The position numbers were made by a program, and so were the translations under genes. Under the pieces are notes generated by a model. It saw only the letters and a list, made by a program, of their open reading frames with translations. It had not been told where the DNA came from and searched no databases. 64,000 nt of DNA from a virus (taxonomy: Duplodnaviria; Caudoviricetes), in IMG/VR virus record IMGVR_UViG_3300021356_000018, positions 223 to 64,222 of that record, one strand, 5' to 3'. Positions within the stretch are counted from its first letter, which is position 1; every line of letters starts with the position of its first letter. Shown here piece after piece: positions 20,123-28,576 of this stretch.

Positions 20123-20433
20123 TGGAATTAGATATTTACGGAAATCCAGTAGGAACATTATATCCGGGTGATGAAGGTTGCCCTCAAGATATGATTTGTT
20201 TAACCGAAGAAGGATTTAACCAAATGCTTGCTGAAGCCGATATGCAATACAATACAGAAACGTTTCAAGTTGAGCCGATGGGCGACGCAGAAGCTATTAT
20301 AGATTTTACAACAGATTTGCTATTTTTAGATATATGGACAATTTTAAATATGGCAGTGCCTCTTACTATATTTGCCATCTATGGCTTGACGCTATATGCT
20401 GGATTCAAATGGGTACAAAAACAATTTAATTAA
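20122..20433 (+). CDS. Hypothetical protein with C-terminal TM
   Basis: TAATG coupling to the curlin-like gene. Confidence 0.6.
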   Translation: MELDIYGNPVGTLYPGDEGCPQDMICLTEEGFNQMLAEADMQYNTETFQVEPMGDAEAIIDFTTDLLFLDIWTILNMAVPLTIFAIYGLTLYAGFKWVQKQFN

Positions 20434-20435
20434 TT

Positions 20436-21371
20436 ATGAAAACATTATTACAAAGGACCATACAGGATAAAGAGGTCAATTTATATCCTGTTTGGTTAAT
20501 GAGACAAGCCGGAAGATACATGCCAGAATATATGGCGATCAAAGAAAAATCAAATGGCTTTTTAGATATGGCTCTTACTCCAAGTAAGGCAGCAGAAATT
20601 ACAATGCAACCTATTAAAGAATTTGATATGGATGCAGCAATTATATTCTCAGACATATTAATAATCAATTATGCTTTAGGGCAAGAATTAGATTATACAC
20701 CTAGTCCCGTACTGGGACCTTATAACGAATCTTTTTGGGAAACAACAGAAGGTGAGTTTATTCAAAAATGCGAACCTGTTTATGAAGCTATCAGAAGAGT
20801 AAGAGAAGAACTTGATGATAGTAAATCACTTATTGGTTTTGCAGCAGCTCCTTATACGCTCTGTAAGTACATGTGTGATTCTGTAGATTCAGATATAGTT
20901 AACCGATTAATACCATATATTGTAACTCACCTTTCAATGCAGATTGAAGCTGGTTGTGATACGATACAAATATTCGACAGTCATGCTGGTGATATATCGG
21001 AACATGACTTTGATGAAATTGTTATTGAACCAACAAAAATAATTGTTGATGTTATTCGAGCACATTATCCTCATGTTTGTATTATAGCTTTCCCAAGATT
21101 AGTTGGTGATAAAATAAACAAATACATCGAGATTGTCAATCCAGATTGTACAAATATTAGTGATGATAAACCCGTCGATGAAATACACGGTGAAGTATTA
21201 CAAGGTGGAATAACAGTACAAAGACTCATAAACGGAGAAGATATAACTCCTGTATTAGATAAAATGAAAGATAAACCTTACGTAGTAAATCTTGCTCATG
21301 GCATACATAAAACTACACCAGTAGAAAATGTGAGAGCATTAGTTAATACTGTTAAGGAATATCGTGCTTAA
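20436..21371 (+). CDS. hemE: Uroporphyrinogen decarboxylase
   Basis: PVWLMRQAGRYMPEY, DAAIIFSDIL, LIGFAAAPYTL, QIEAGCDTIQIFDS, NLAHGI. Confidence 0.95.
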   Translation: MKTLLQRTIQDKEVNLYPVWLMRQAGRYMPEYMAIKEKSNGFLDMALTPSKAAEITMQPIKEFDMDAAIIFSDILIINYALGQELDYTPSPVLGPYNESFWETTEGEFIQKCEPVYEAIRRVREELDDSKSLIGFAAAPYTLCKYMCDSVDSDIVNRLIPYIVTHLSMQIEAGCDTIQIFDSHAGDISEHDFDEIVIEPTKIIVDVIRAHYPHVCIIAFPRLVGDKINKYIEIVNPDCTNISDDKPVDEIHGEVLQGGITVQRLINGEDITPVLDKMKDKPYVVNLAHGIHKTTPVENVRALVNTVKEYRA

Positions 21372-23436
21372 ATATCTCACAAAATGGTGGACTGTATTAA
21401 TTACGATTGGTGCATTCGGTGCTTTACAAATTAGTAATCCAGATATAATTCAATCTTTTAAATATTCTTATTATGACTATCTACAATCAACACAAGAAAC
21501 AATACAGTCAAGCGATATAGTATTAGTCAATATTGACGAAAAGGCGATCGCTCAAGAAGGTCAGTATCCATGGCCTCGAGATATAGTTGCTAAATATTTA
21601 AATGAAGCTCCTGCTGATGCACTTAATGTATTGAACATAATATATTCCGAACAAGATAGATTTGGTAAAGACAATGACCTCGCAGAAGCAATGGCAAATA
21701 AAGCTGTCGTATTATCTTCTGCTCCCACTCAACAAACATCAGATGGAGTTGGAACCTTCGTTGGTGTTGCATTATTTGGAGAACAAAATGATAACTGGCT
21801 TTACGAATTCCCAGGCTTACTCTATCCTATTAATGAGTTATCTAGCTGGGCTTTTGGGGTTGGTGCTACTGTTGCAATTCCTGACCAACCAACAGGAGTC
21901 GTGCGACGTGCACCGCTCGTTGTCAAAGCAGCCGGGAATCCCTACCCATCTCTCGCACTCGACACATTACGTGTGTACTCTGGAGAACCAAGCTATCAGA
22001 TGAAAGTCGGCACTAACGGTGTCGAATGGATTCGTATGGGAAGACAAAATCCAATTACAACAAACTCTTTTGCAGAAGTACCAATATCTTTTTGGAATGA
22101 GTTTGACTCAATCAGTATAACAGAATTATCTGAACGAACAACTCATGGCCAGAATCCCTGGAGCGGTAAAGTACTTTTATATGGAATAACCGCAGAAGGT
22201 TACTCTAATCCAGTCGCAACCCCAATGGGTGCAAAGTATCCCCACGAAGTTCAAGCTCATCTGATTCAAACCGTTCTTTCAGGAGTTGAAATACAGATTC
22301 CCGACTGGCAGCCAATATTTGAGCTCGTCTTTCTTCTGATATGCTGTTTAGGAATCCTTGCAGCGGTCTATGGACTTCCCACAATTCCTGCGGTGATAAG
22401 TTCTCTTGCTCTTGTTGGTTCCGCTTACGGAGTAAGCTACTGGCTTTGGACCGATTCATTGACATTCGTCGACGCGACATTGAGTTCATTTGCTTCCTTA
22501 GTAGTATTTGCTCAATCAAGTTATAATAAGTATTATATCACGTTCCAAGAGAAACGTCAAATAGAAAAGCAATTTGCAGGTTATGCATCGCCCACAGTTG
22601 TTCGCCTCTTACAAGAGAATCCTTCTCTAATAAAAGATGGCATGAAACGTGAGATAAGTATTTGTTTTTCTGATTTGAGAGGTTTCACTCCGCTTGGGGA
22701 AAGTTTCGGTGACGACGTCAAAGGCTTGACTAAACTAATGAATGGATATATGGATGCTATCACCGAGCCTGTTCTCCATGCAGATGGTATGATTATAAAG
22801 TATATAGGGGATGCGTCAATGCACATTCACAATGCACCTATAGAAGATAAAGAACATCCTAAAAATGCAGTACAAACTGGTATTAACATGCTTCGAGCAG
22901 TGGAGAAATTTAATGAACAGATTACGGCAGAAGGTAGACCACCAATTGGTATGGGGGCTGGGATTAACACTGGTCTTGGTTATCTTGGTGAGATGGGGTC
23001 TACAGCAAGACATAGTTATGACGTCCTTGGCGACAGCGTTTCAACTGCTGCACGAATTGAGTCAAAATGTAAAGAATATGGTTGCTTATTATTAGTCGGT
23101 GAAGAAACAGTTAAACGATGTTCTCCTAATGATTTCTTTTTCTTAAAAGTAGATGACCTTGCAGTGAAAGGAAAAACAGTCGGAATTGGAATACACACTG
23201 TGTTAGACCTAGATAAGAATAAATATATTAAACCAGCAGAGATGCACGAAGCAATGCATTCAAATTATCAAAAGCAAAACTTTGATAAGGCGATAAAAAT
23301 ATGTAATGACCTCATGGATTGCTTCGAAGGACAAATGCAAGGTTATTATAAAATGTGGATTGAGCGTTGTGAGTATATGAAAACGCAAGATCTTCCGAAG
23401 GACTGGAATGGAGTTTTCATCGCGACCACTAAGTAG
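21364..23436 (+). CDS. CHASE2-domain class III adenylate cyclase
   Basis: N-terminal TM; IVLVNIDE..GQYPWPR (CHASE2); three TMs; FSDLRGFT, KYIGDA, GINTG, YDVLGDSVSTAARIE. Confidence 0.93.
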   Translation: MLKYLTKWWTVLITIGAFGALQISNPDIIQSFKYSYYDYLQSTQETIQSSDIVLVNIDEKAIAQEGQYPWPRDIVAKYLNEAPADALNVLNIIYSEQDRFGKDNDLAEAMANKAVVLSSAPTQQTSDGVGTFVGVALFGEQNDNWLYEFPGLLYPINELSSWAFGVGATVAIPDQPTGVVRRAPLVVKAAGNPYPSLALDTLRVYSGEPSYQMKVGTNGVEWIRMGRQNPITTNSFAEVPISFWNEFDSISITELSERTTHGQNPWSGKVLLYGITAEGYSNPVATPMGAKYPHEVQAHLIQTVLSGVEIQIPDWQPIFELVFLLICCLGILAAVYGLPTIPAVISSLALVGSAYGVSYWLWTDSLTFVDATLSSFASLVVFAQSSYNKYYITFQEKRQIEKQFAGYASPTVVRLLQENPSLIKDGMKREISICFSDLRGFTPLGESFGDDVKGLTKLMNGYMDAITEPVLHADGMIIKYIGDASMHIHNAPIEDKEHPKNAVQTGINMLRAVEKFNEQITAEGRPPIGMGAGINTGLGYLGEMGSTARHSYDVLGDSVSTAARIESKCKEYGCLLLVGEETVKRCSPNDFFFLKVDDLAVKGKTVGIGIHTVLDLDKNKYIKPAEMHEAMHSNYQKQNFDKAIKICNDLMDCFEGQMQGYYKMWIERCEYMKTQDLPKDWNGVFIATTK

Positions 23437-24037
23437 TTTATTACTAGGATTTCTTTTATTAGCAGTCCCGGTCTCAGCCTTTGTTCCAAAGGACCCATTT
23501 ATTTCTGAAATCTCAGACGCGCGAAAAGAACTTATCAAAATGGGGCATGCAGCTCCTTACAATCAATTAACAGTTAAGAGAGTCGTTGTTGGTAAAGCAA
23601 GAGTAATGCCAAATGGTGCTATTGTTAATCTACCACACGGTCCTGATATGGTTCCCTCTTTTTACGCCTTACAACACGACCCAAAATGGCAAGTAAAAAA
23701 AGAACCTAAATACGCAATAGACCACTGGACCGAAGATGAAAAACGAATCATAGATATACTTTTTTGGTCTGCTCAAGTACTTGATGTCTATTCAACTTAT
23801 CGTGGATTAAAATATGATTGTATAACCGAAGCAAATCCATTACTACCAGAAGTACCTGAGATACATGAAATGGTAGGAATAAAACTTTTTATTATTGGTG
23901 GACTTGGCGCTTTGTCATCTGGTGATGAAAATTTTTGGTATGGATGGAAACTTGGCGCAGGTTTAACAACAGGTGCAGTTACAGTAAATAACTTTAGACT
24001 TTTAAGAAAAGCCGAAGGGCGATGTAATAGAAGATAA
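23408..24037 (+). CDS. Membrane/secreted protein (DUF5658-like)
   Basis: Signal-like N-terminus; LDVYSTYRGL...EANPLL and C-terminal hydrophobic helices. Confidence 0.55.
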   Translation: MEFSSRPLSSLLLGFLLLAVPVSAFVPKDPFISEISDARKELIKMGHAAPYNQLTVKRVVVGKARVMPNGAIVNLPHGPDMVPSFYALQHDPKWQVKKEPKYAIDHWTEDEKRIIDILFWSAQVLDVYSTYRGLKYDCITEANPLLPEVPEIHEMVGIKLFIIGGLGALSSGDENFWYGWKLGAGLTTGAVTVNNFRLLRKAEGRCNRR

Positions 24038-24045
24038 ATAACGGA

Positions 24046-24372
24046 ATGGTGGAACTAACAGATGCAGCAATACTTAAAGCGATTGAGAGAACAGAGAATG
24101 ACAGCCGAGATACTATTCGTCTTGGTGTCACTGGGGGCGGGTGTGCTGGTTTTGAGTATATCATTGGTTACTCTGATTCAGTGGGCAATGACGATACTAT
24201 CTTAGATTATGGCAAATTTAAAATTGCTATTGACGAGATGTCTAAGCCTTATCTAAAAGATTCTACTCTTGATTGGGTTCGCGAAGGACTCAATGAATAC
24301 TTTAAAATTATTAATCCAAACGAAATAGCATCATGTGGATGCGGAGTATCAGTACAGTTTAAGGACGTTTAA
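24046..24372 (+). CDS. iscA: A-type Fe-S cluster carrier (IscA/SufA/ErpA, HesB family)
   Basis: GGGCAGFEY and NPN..SCGCGVS. Confidence 0.92.
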   Translation: MVELTDAAILKAIERTENDSRDTIRLGVTGGGCAGFEYIIGYSDSVGNDDTILDYGKFKIAIDEMSKPYLKDSTLDWVREGLNEYFKIINPNEIASCGCGVSVQFKDV

Positions 24373-24373
24373 A

Positions 24374-24535
24374 ATGGAATTTATTTTATTAGCGATCATG
24401 CTAATTTCAGTAGCATATTGTATGGGAAGTTTATTGTTTATTAAGGAAGGTAGTAAAGGAATTACACAACCTTATAAAGGAAAGAGCGGTAAATTACATA
24501 CAGCAAAAAAATCTAGAGTCGATTACATCGTATAA
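24374..24535 (+). CDS. Small membrane protein
   Basis: AAGGA SD; TM helix followed by a basic tail. Confidence 0.55.
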   Translation: MEFILLAIMLISVAYCMGSLLFIKEGSKGITQPYKGKSGKLHTAKKSRVDYIV

Positions 24536-24537
24536 AG

Positions 24538-24570
24538 AAAAGCACCCATTTCTGAGTGCTTTAGCTTTTT
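24538..24570. terminator. Probable terminator between convergent units
   Basis: AAAGCAC...GTGCTTT hairpin flanked by A/T runs. Confidence 0.55.
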
Positions 24571-24582
24571 ACCTAGGTTTGT

Positions 24583-24696
24583 CTAAACGATTGTACTTAC
24601 GGAATATACCATTACTCCTAACATCAGAGTACATAGTAAACACTCGACGCAAATCTCCACATTTAAATCAAACCATTTGCTTAGAATGGCTCTCAT
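24583..24696 (-). CDS. 37-aa Cys-rich hydrophobic peptide (not in the ORF track)
   Basis: AAGGAGA SD; MRAILSKWFDLNVEICVECLLCTLMLGVMVYSVSTIV. Confidence 0.6.
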   Translation of the reverse strand: MRAILSKWFDLNVEICVECLLCTLMLGVMVYSVSTIV

Positions 24697-24708
24697 TATT
24701 TGTCTCCT

Positions 24709-24831
24709 TTATTTTGAGTTTTGCTTTTGCCGAGCTTCGAGCCAGAGCGCTTGTCGTATCTCGTACATAGGATTATGTTTGAGATGCAAGTATGCCATCA
24801 GTAAAGCTGTAGGAATTATAATTAATTCCAT
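24709..24831 (-). CDS. 40-aa peptide (not in the ORF track)
   Basis: TAATG coupled; MELIIIPTALLMAYLHLKHNPMYEIRQALWLEARQKQNSK. Confidence 0.55.
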   Translation of the reverse strand: MELIIIPTALLMAYLHLKHNPMYEIRQALWLEARQKQNSK

Positions 24832-24923
24832 TACCTACCTGTATGCCACGGTTGAATCCAATACTTAAAGAATGTTCTTGTCCACCCTCGGGTGAAAAAT
24901 CTACGGATTGCTTTAAATAACAT
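24831..24923 (-). CDS. 30-aa basic aromatic peptide (not in the ORF track)
   Basis: AGGAG SD; MLFKAIRRFFTRGWTRTFFKYWIQPWHTGR. Confidence 0.55.
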   Translation of the reverse strand: MLFKAIRRFFTRGWTRTFFKYWIQPWHTGR

Positions 24924-25004
24924 TTGGACTGACTCCTAATATTGAAACACAAAAAATACTAACGAGAACAAACAATTCTAATCGTTCTTGTATTTTTTCT
25001 TTCA

Positions 25005-25262
25005 TTATTTTCCTTTAGGACATTTGCTTCTTATAATATACTCAGAAGCTTTTTTAGCTTCTTTTTTGTCTAAGAAGGAGTCTCTGTTTTTATCAGCGTG
25101 TTTAAAAAGAGATTCTTTTACTACACAGCCTGACGCCTTTAGCTCATTTACGCTTATTAGATTGTCACCATCCAAATCGAATCGTTCCATTCTCCAGTCT
25201 GCGTATACTGGTGCTGCAATTAAGCAAGCAGCAATTGCTATTGTGTATTTGTTGCTTTTCAT
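25005..25262 (-). CDS. Secreted EF-hand protein
   Basis: Signal peptide; DLDGDNLISVNE and DKNRDSFLDKKE EF loops; two Cys in the mature part. Confidence 0.8.
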   Translation of the reverse strand: MKSNKYTIAIAACLIAAPVYADWRMERFDLDGDNLISVNELKASGCVVKESLFKHADKNRDSFLDKKEAKKASEYIIRSKCPKGK

Positions 25263-25378
25263 TATATCTCAAAAGTAGTATGACACTCCATTATGTCATA
25301 CATAACTATATATAATCAAAAGTAATAATGCTTTATAAAAATTGTATATATTTGTAATAATTTACAAACTTGTCACAA

Positions 25379-25543
25379 TTATTTAGATTTTGTAAAAAGT
25401 TTTCTAAGAAATCCACCTTCTTCCCAAGGTAGCGGTATGTATTTTCCCTGCTTTTGTTCTTCTGTTACATGAAAGCTCATATAGCAAAACCAAAATGCAC
25501 CTATCATAAATACCGATGCTCCTAGAAAGTTAAGAATTTCCAT
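25379..25543 (-). CDS. 54-aa membrane protein (not in the ORF track)
   Basis: TAATG coupled; MEILNFLGASVFMIGAFWFCY... Confidence 0.6.
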   Translation of the reverse strand: MEILNFLGASVFMIGAFWFCYMSFHVTEEQKQGKYIPLPWEEGGFLRKLFTKSK

Positions 25544-25668
25544 TATTCTTCACCATCATCATTTAGTTGCTCAAGCCTTTCAGCCATGAGCTTGAGAAGA
25601 TTGATGATTTCATCACCAACATCTCTATCTTCTTTTGTGTCAATTTCGACATCAAATTTAATTTTCAT
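25543..25668 (-). CDS. 41-aa acidic protein (not in the ORF track)
   Basis: AAGGA SD; MKIKFDVEIDT... Confidence 0.6.
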   Translation of the reverse strand: MKIKFDVEIDTKEDRDVGDEIINLLKLMAERLEQLNDDGEE

Positions 25669-25783
25669 CTTTTTTGTCCTTAAACTCTTCGAGCTTTTTT
25701 TCTATCTCGTCAAGTCGAATTAAAATCTTTTCAATACCATCTACGATAGCATTATGAATTTGCGATTGAGTTGGATAGCTCAT
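25658..25783 (-). CDS. 41-aa coiled-coil protein (not in the ORF track)
   Basis: TAATG coupled; MSYPTQSQIHNAIVDGIEKILIRLDEIEKKLEE... Confidence 0.6.
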   Translation of the reverse strand: MSYPTQSQIHNAIVDGIEKILIRLDEIEKKLEEFKDKKDEN

Positions 25784-26184
25784 TATGCTTCCTTATCAAT
25801 ATCCCACTTAACTCTTTTCTCAAAGTTTCTTTGTGAGATTTTTTTCCAGAGATTGAAGCTTGATTGTTCTTCTCTCCAGTCTTGCACCCATTTAGAGCCA
25901 TCACGCTCAGCATCTTTAAACACTGCATTAGTCATGATGATTGGAAACAATACACCAAAGTGTACAAAAATACTTGTTACTGTAGAGTAGCCAATCCATC
26001 CCATGTAGTAAGATGCTACAAATCCAAAATAAACAGACCACATAGTAAAGAGTACTAATGTGAAGTATGCTTGTAAGCTTGGGTCTGGTATAAATCTTAG
26101 TGGATTGTATTTTGCATCCATTACGAGCCTCCAGCTGTCTACGACGAACATAAGAGCTCTTCTATGTAAAGCTGGTTTTTCCAT
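25783..26184 (-). CDS. Membrane protein of unknown function
   Basis: Two TM segments; TAATG coupling on both sides. Confidence 0.7.
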   Translation of the reverse strand: MEKPALHRRALMFVVDSWRLVMDAKYNPLRFIPDPSLQAYFTLVLFTMWSVYFGFVASYYMGWIGYSTVTSIFVHFGVLFPIIMTNAVFKDAERDGSKWVQDWREEQSSFNLWKKISQRNFEKRVKWDIDKEA

Positions 26185-26540
26185 TATGAATACCTTCCCA
26201 TTTTCCACATTGCGTCTGATAGATATCTGTGAATGTACACATCCATTTCAGCAGCATTTGCCATTCCACCAATCACATCGCCAAAGGAAGTATATCCTCT
26301 GAGTTTACCAGTTCTTGAGTTTCTGATTTTATTGATAGGCTTTCTTGCCTTAAGAGTTGTTCTGAATCTAATTGGTCTGCCAAATTTATCAAGAGCGTTG
26401 TGATACTTGAGCTCTTTATTCATATGCTTAACCATGTTTTTGATAGATTCTACTTCCAACATGTCACCTGAACATTCTGTTGAGAATGTACCTACATAAG
26501 CGTCAGTTCTGACTTTACCGTTTTTATCCAATTTTACCAT
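26184..26540 (-). CDS. Hypothetical early protein
   Basis: AAGGA SD; first gene after the promoter. Confidence 0.7.
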   Translation of the reverse strand: MVKLDKNGKVRTDAYVGTFSTECSGDMLEVESIKNMVKHMNKELKYHNALDKFGRPIRFRTTLKARKPINKIRNSRTGKLRGYTSFGDVIGGMANAAEMDVYIHRYLSDAMWKMGRYS

Positions 26541-26581
26541 AATATATCCTTTTCCAAAGTTTAATTTAATTTATAAGTACT

Positions 26582-26610
26582 ATTATATCAAACAAAAATG
26601 AATTTGTCAA
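26582..26610 (-). promoter_or_regulatory. Sigma70-type early promoter
   Basis: TTGACA-N17-TATAAT, extended -10 TG. Confidence 0.9.
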
Positions 26611-26656
26611 CCCTTTTGCTAAAAATAATAGCACTTATTTCCTCAAGGAAGGTAGC

Positions 26657-27613
26657 TTACGCTACCTCCGCCATTTCGACTGCAAGGTCAAGAGCATCAA
26701 GCTTTCGTCTTGCGTTTCCGCCGAACAATGAAGATGTTGCTCTTGTATCAGCATTTCTTCCGAGTTCGTGGTCAGTCAAATAAGTTACTGCATTATATGC
26801 ATTCCACCATGAGCCAGGCTTGAAATTCGCTCCTGGTTGAGTTTCAACAATTTCTAATGCACGTTCACCAGTTCTGCTAAGAACCTTGTTTTCTTGTGAG
26901 GATGTACCAAATACCTTTGCAAGGAATTTGATATAAGCTTCGTCAGTATATCTCTTGGAACCAAGAAATTCTGCAGCTTCTTTAAATTGTTCAACACGAG
27001 TGTGTGAAATACCAAGTAGCTCTTTTACTACTTCAGCATCAAACTCGTTTCTGTGAGATAGCCTTACAGCAGGTTGTCCTTTTTCTGTAAGTGCCATTGA
27101 CAATGTGTTGTTACATACAACTCGAGTCATTACAAATTTAACGTCGATTGATTTACCATAAACATGTGGGTTAGAGAAAAGCAAATAGCCTTTAACTTCG
27201 TCACCATTAAAGAGTGTAAATCCATCATTTACGTCGGCAGCTGCAAATACCATTCTACCATCATTGATAGAACCTGCAGTGTCCATTACCATATCTCCAG
27301 CATTTACGAAGTCATTAAAGAACTCGAATGCCGTTTCGTTTTGACATGGATTCCAGTTGTCACCAACGTTTGTCAAAATTTTGTTGTCAGATTCTCTGAT
27401 AAGAGATTGCTGACCTGTTGGAATTTGTTCACCATTTACTTCGATGAAAGATTGTACTTTACGAACAGTCCAGTCGAGACCAGCTGCCTTCATCATTTCT
27501 AACGGTGTCATGTCATCGCTAACTGGAACACCGAGACCGTGCCAGGGTACACCCTTGCTGAGTCGATATGCCATTTGAGCTTCACCGTTTACCATTTCTA
27601 ATTCATGTGCCAT
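26657..27613 (-). CDS. DUF932 family protein
   Basis: MAHELE, PWHGLG, AGLDWTV, QNETAFEF, RVVCNNTL, WNAYNAVT. Confidence 0.9.
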   Translation of the reverse strand: MAHELEMVNGEAQMAYRLSKGVPWHGLGVPVSDDMTPLEMMKAAGLDWTVRKVQSFIEVNGEQIPTGQQSLIRESDNKILTNVGDNWNPCQNETAFEFFNDFVNAGDMVMDTAGSINDGRMVFAAADVNDGFTLFNGDEVKGYLLFSNPHVYGKSIDVKFVMTRVVCNNTLSMALTEKGQPAVRLSHRNEFDAEVVKELLGISHTRVEQFKEAAEFLGSKRYTDEAYIKFLAKVFGTSSQENKVLSRTGERALEIVETQPGANFKPGSWWNAYNAVTYLTDHELGRNADTRATSSLFGGNARRKLDALDLAVEMAEVA

Positions 27614-27639
27614 AATATATTTTCCTTTTCAATTATTAA

Positions 27640-28035
27640 TTAAACGCCGAAGAATGCTTTAACATCCTTCCACTTACCATCTACCAAAGGAGCATCGAAA
27701 TTATTATCTTTACCCCAAACTGTTGCACGTCCGTGGTCATTTGGACTTACACAGTACAATACATCACCAGTATCCAAAGAACAAATACGGAAGTCGTCGT
27801 ACAAGACGTTGCCACAGTTGTTTTTGAAAAACACGTAGTGCTTGTTCATATCAATCTTATCAGACAAACAAAGTTGCTTGAGCTTCTTTGTTAAGAAGAT
27901 TGTTTTGTTTCGCAATGAAGATTGCTTACAGAACCAGTCGTACCAACCAGCATCGCACTGAGTTTGGTAGTCGTCTGAATCATACTTACCATCATTAAAG
28001 TTGGTAATGAATTGTTGAATTGATATGTCGCTCAT
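27640..28035 (-). CDS. Hypothetical early protein
   Basis: AGWYDWFC, FFKNNC, LYDDFRI; SD present. Confidence 0.75.
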   Translation of the reverse strand: MSDISIQQFITNFNDGKYDSDDYQTQCDAGWYDWFCKQSSLRNKTIFLTKKLKQLCLSDKIDMNKHYVFFKNNCGNVLYDDFRICSLDTGDVLYCVSPNDHGRATVWGKDNNFDAPLVDGKWKDVKAFFGV

Positions 28036-28066
28036 AATGTATTCCTTTTTTCAATTTGTTGGGTAT

Positions 28067-28095
28067 ATTATAACAAAACAAAATCGTTTTGTCAA
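28067..28095 (-). promoter_or_regulatory. Sigma70-type early promoter
   Basis: TTGACA-N17-TATAAT, extended -10. Confidence 0.9.
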
Positions 28096-28129
28096 CCCTT
28101 TTTTGCAATTATTTTCAATTTGTTTCAAA

Positions 28130-28576
28130 TTATGCAACAAAGTAATCGTATTCTGCAATTTGTGCAAGACGCTCTTTGCGATAATCAAGAGCACCTTCGC
28201 CAAGATAAATGTTGCCATCTTCAGCTCTATACAATGTAGCTAGAGAAGCTTTATCGTCTTTTGCTCTTTGAATAAGTGAGAACTCAGCTTGCTCAAGAGT
28301 GATTGCACCAATTTGAACAAAGTCAAGTAACATGTCTGCGAAAGGGATTTCGCCATTTGATTTCCAAACTGTGAGGCCATCGACTTGTGCAGTATCTTCA
28401 AATTTCATCTCGATGCTCTTATCCCAGATGTTGCCTTGTGGGTCTGCTCTCAGTTGGTCGGTGAATAGAACATCACCTGTAAAAGTTTTGTTTTCGTCGT
28501 GGATAGACGCCATACCAAAACGTTGCTTAGTATGAGTGTCACCAGCGATTGTGATTTCGTTTGAAAGAATATTCAT
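28130..28576 (-). CDS. Hypothetical early protein
   Basis: AGGAG SD, TAATG coupling. Confidence 0.7.
   Translation of the reverse strand: MNILSNEITIAGDTHTKQRFGMASIHDENKTFTGDVLFTDQLRADPQGNIWDKSIEMKFEDTAQVDGLTVWKSNGEIPFADMLLDFVQIGAITLEQAEFSLIQRAKDDKASLATLYRAEDGNIYLGEGALDYRKERLAQIAEYDYFVA

Noticed and set aside
24579-24868. Plus-strand ORFs 24579..24770 and 24677..24868
   Set aside because: TTG starts without SD, downstream of a terminator; minus-strand micro-ORFs with SDs explain the region better
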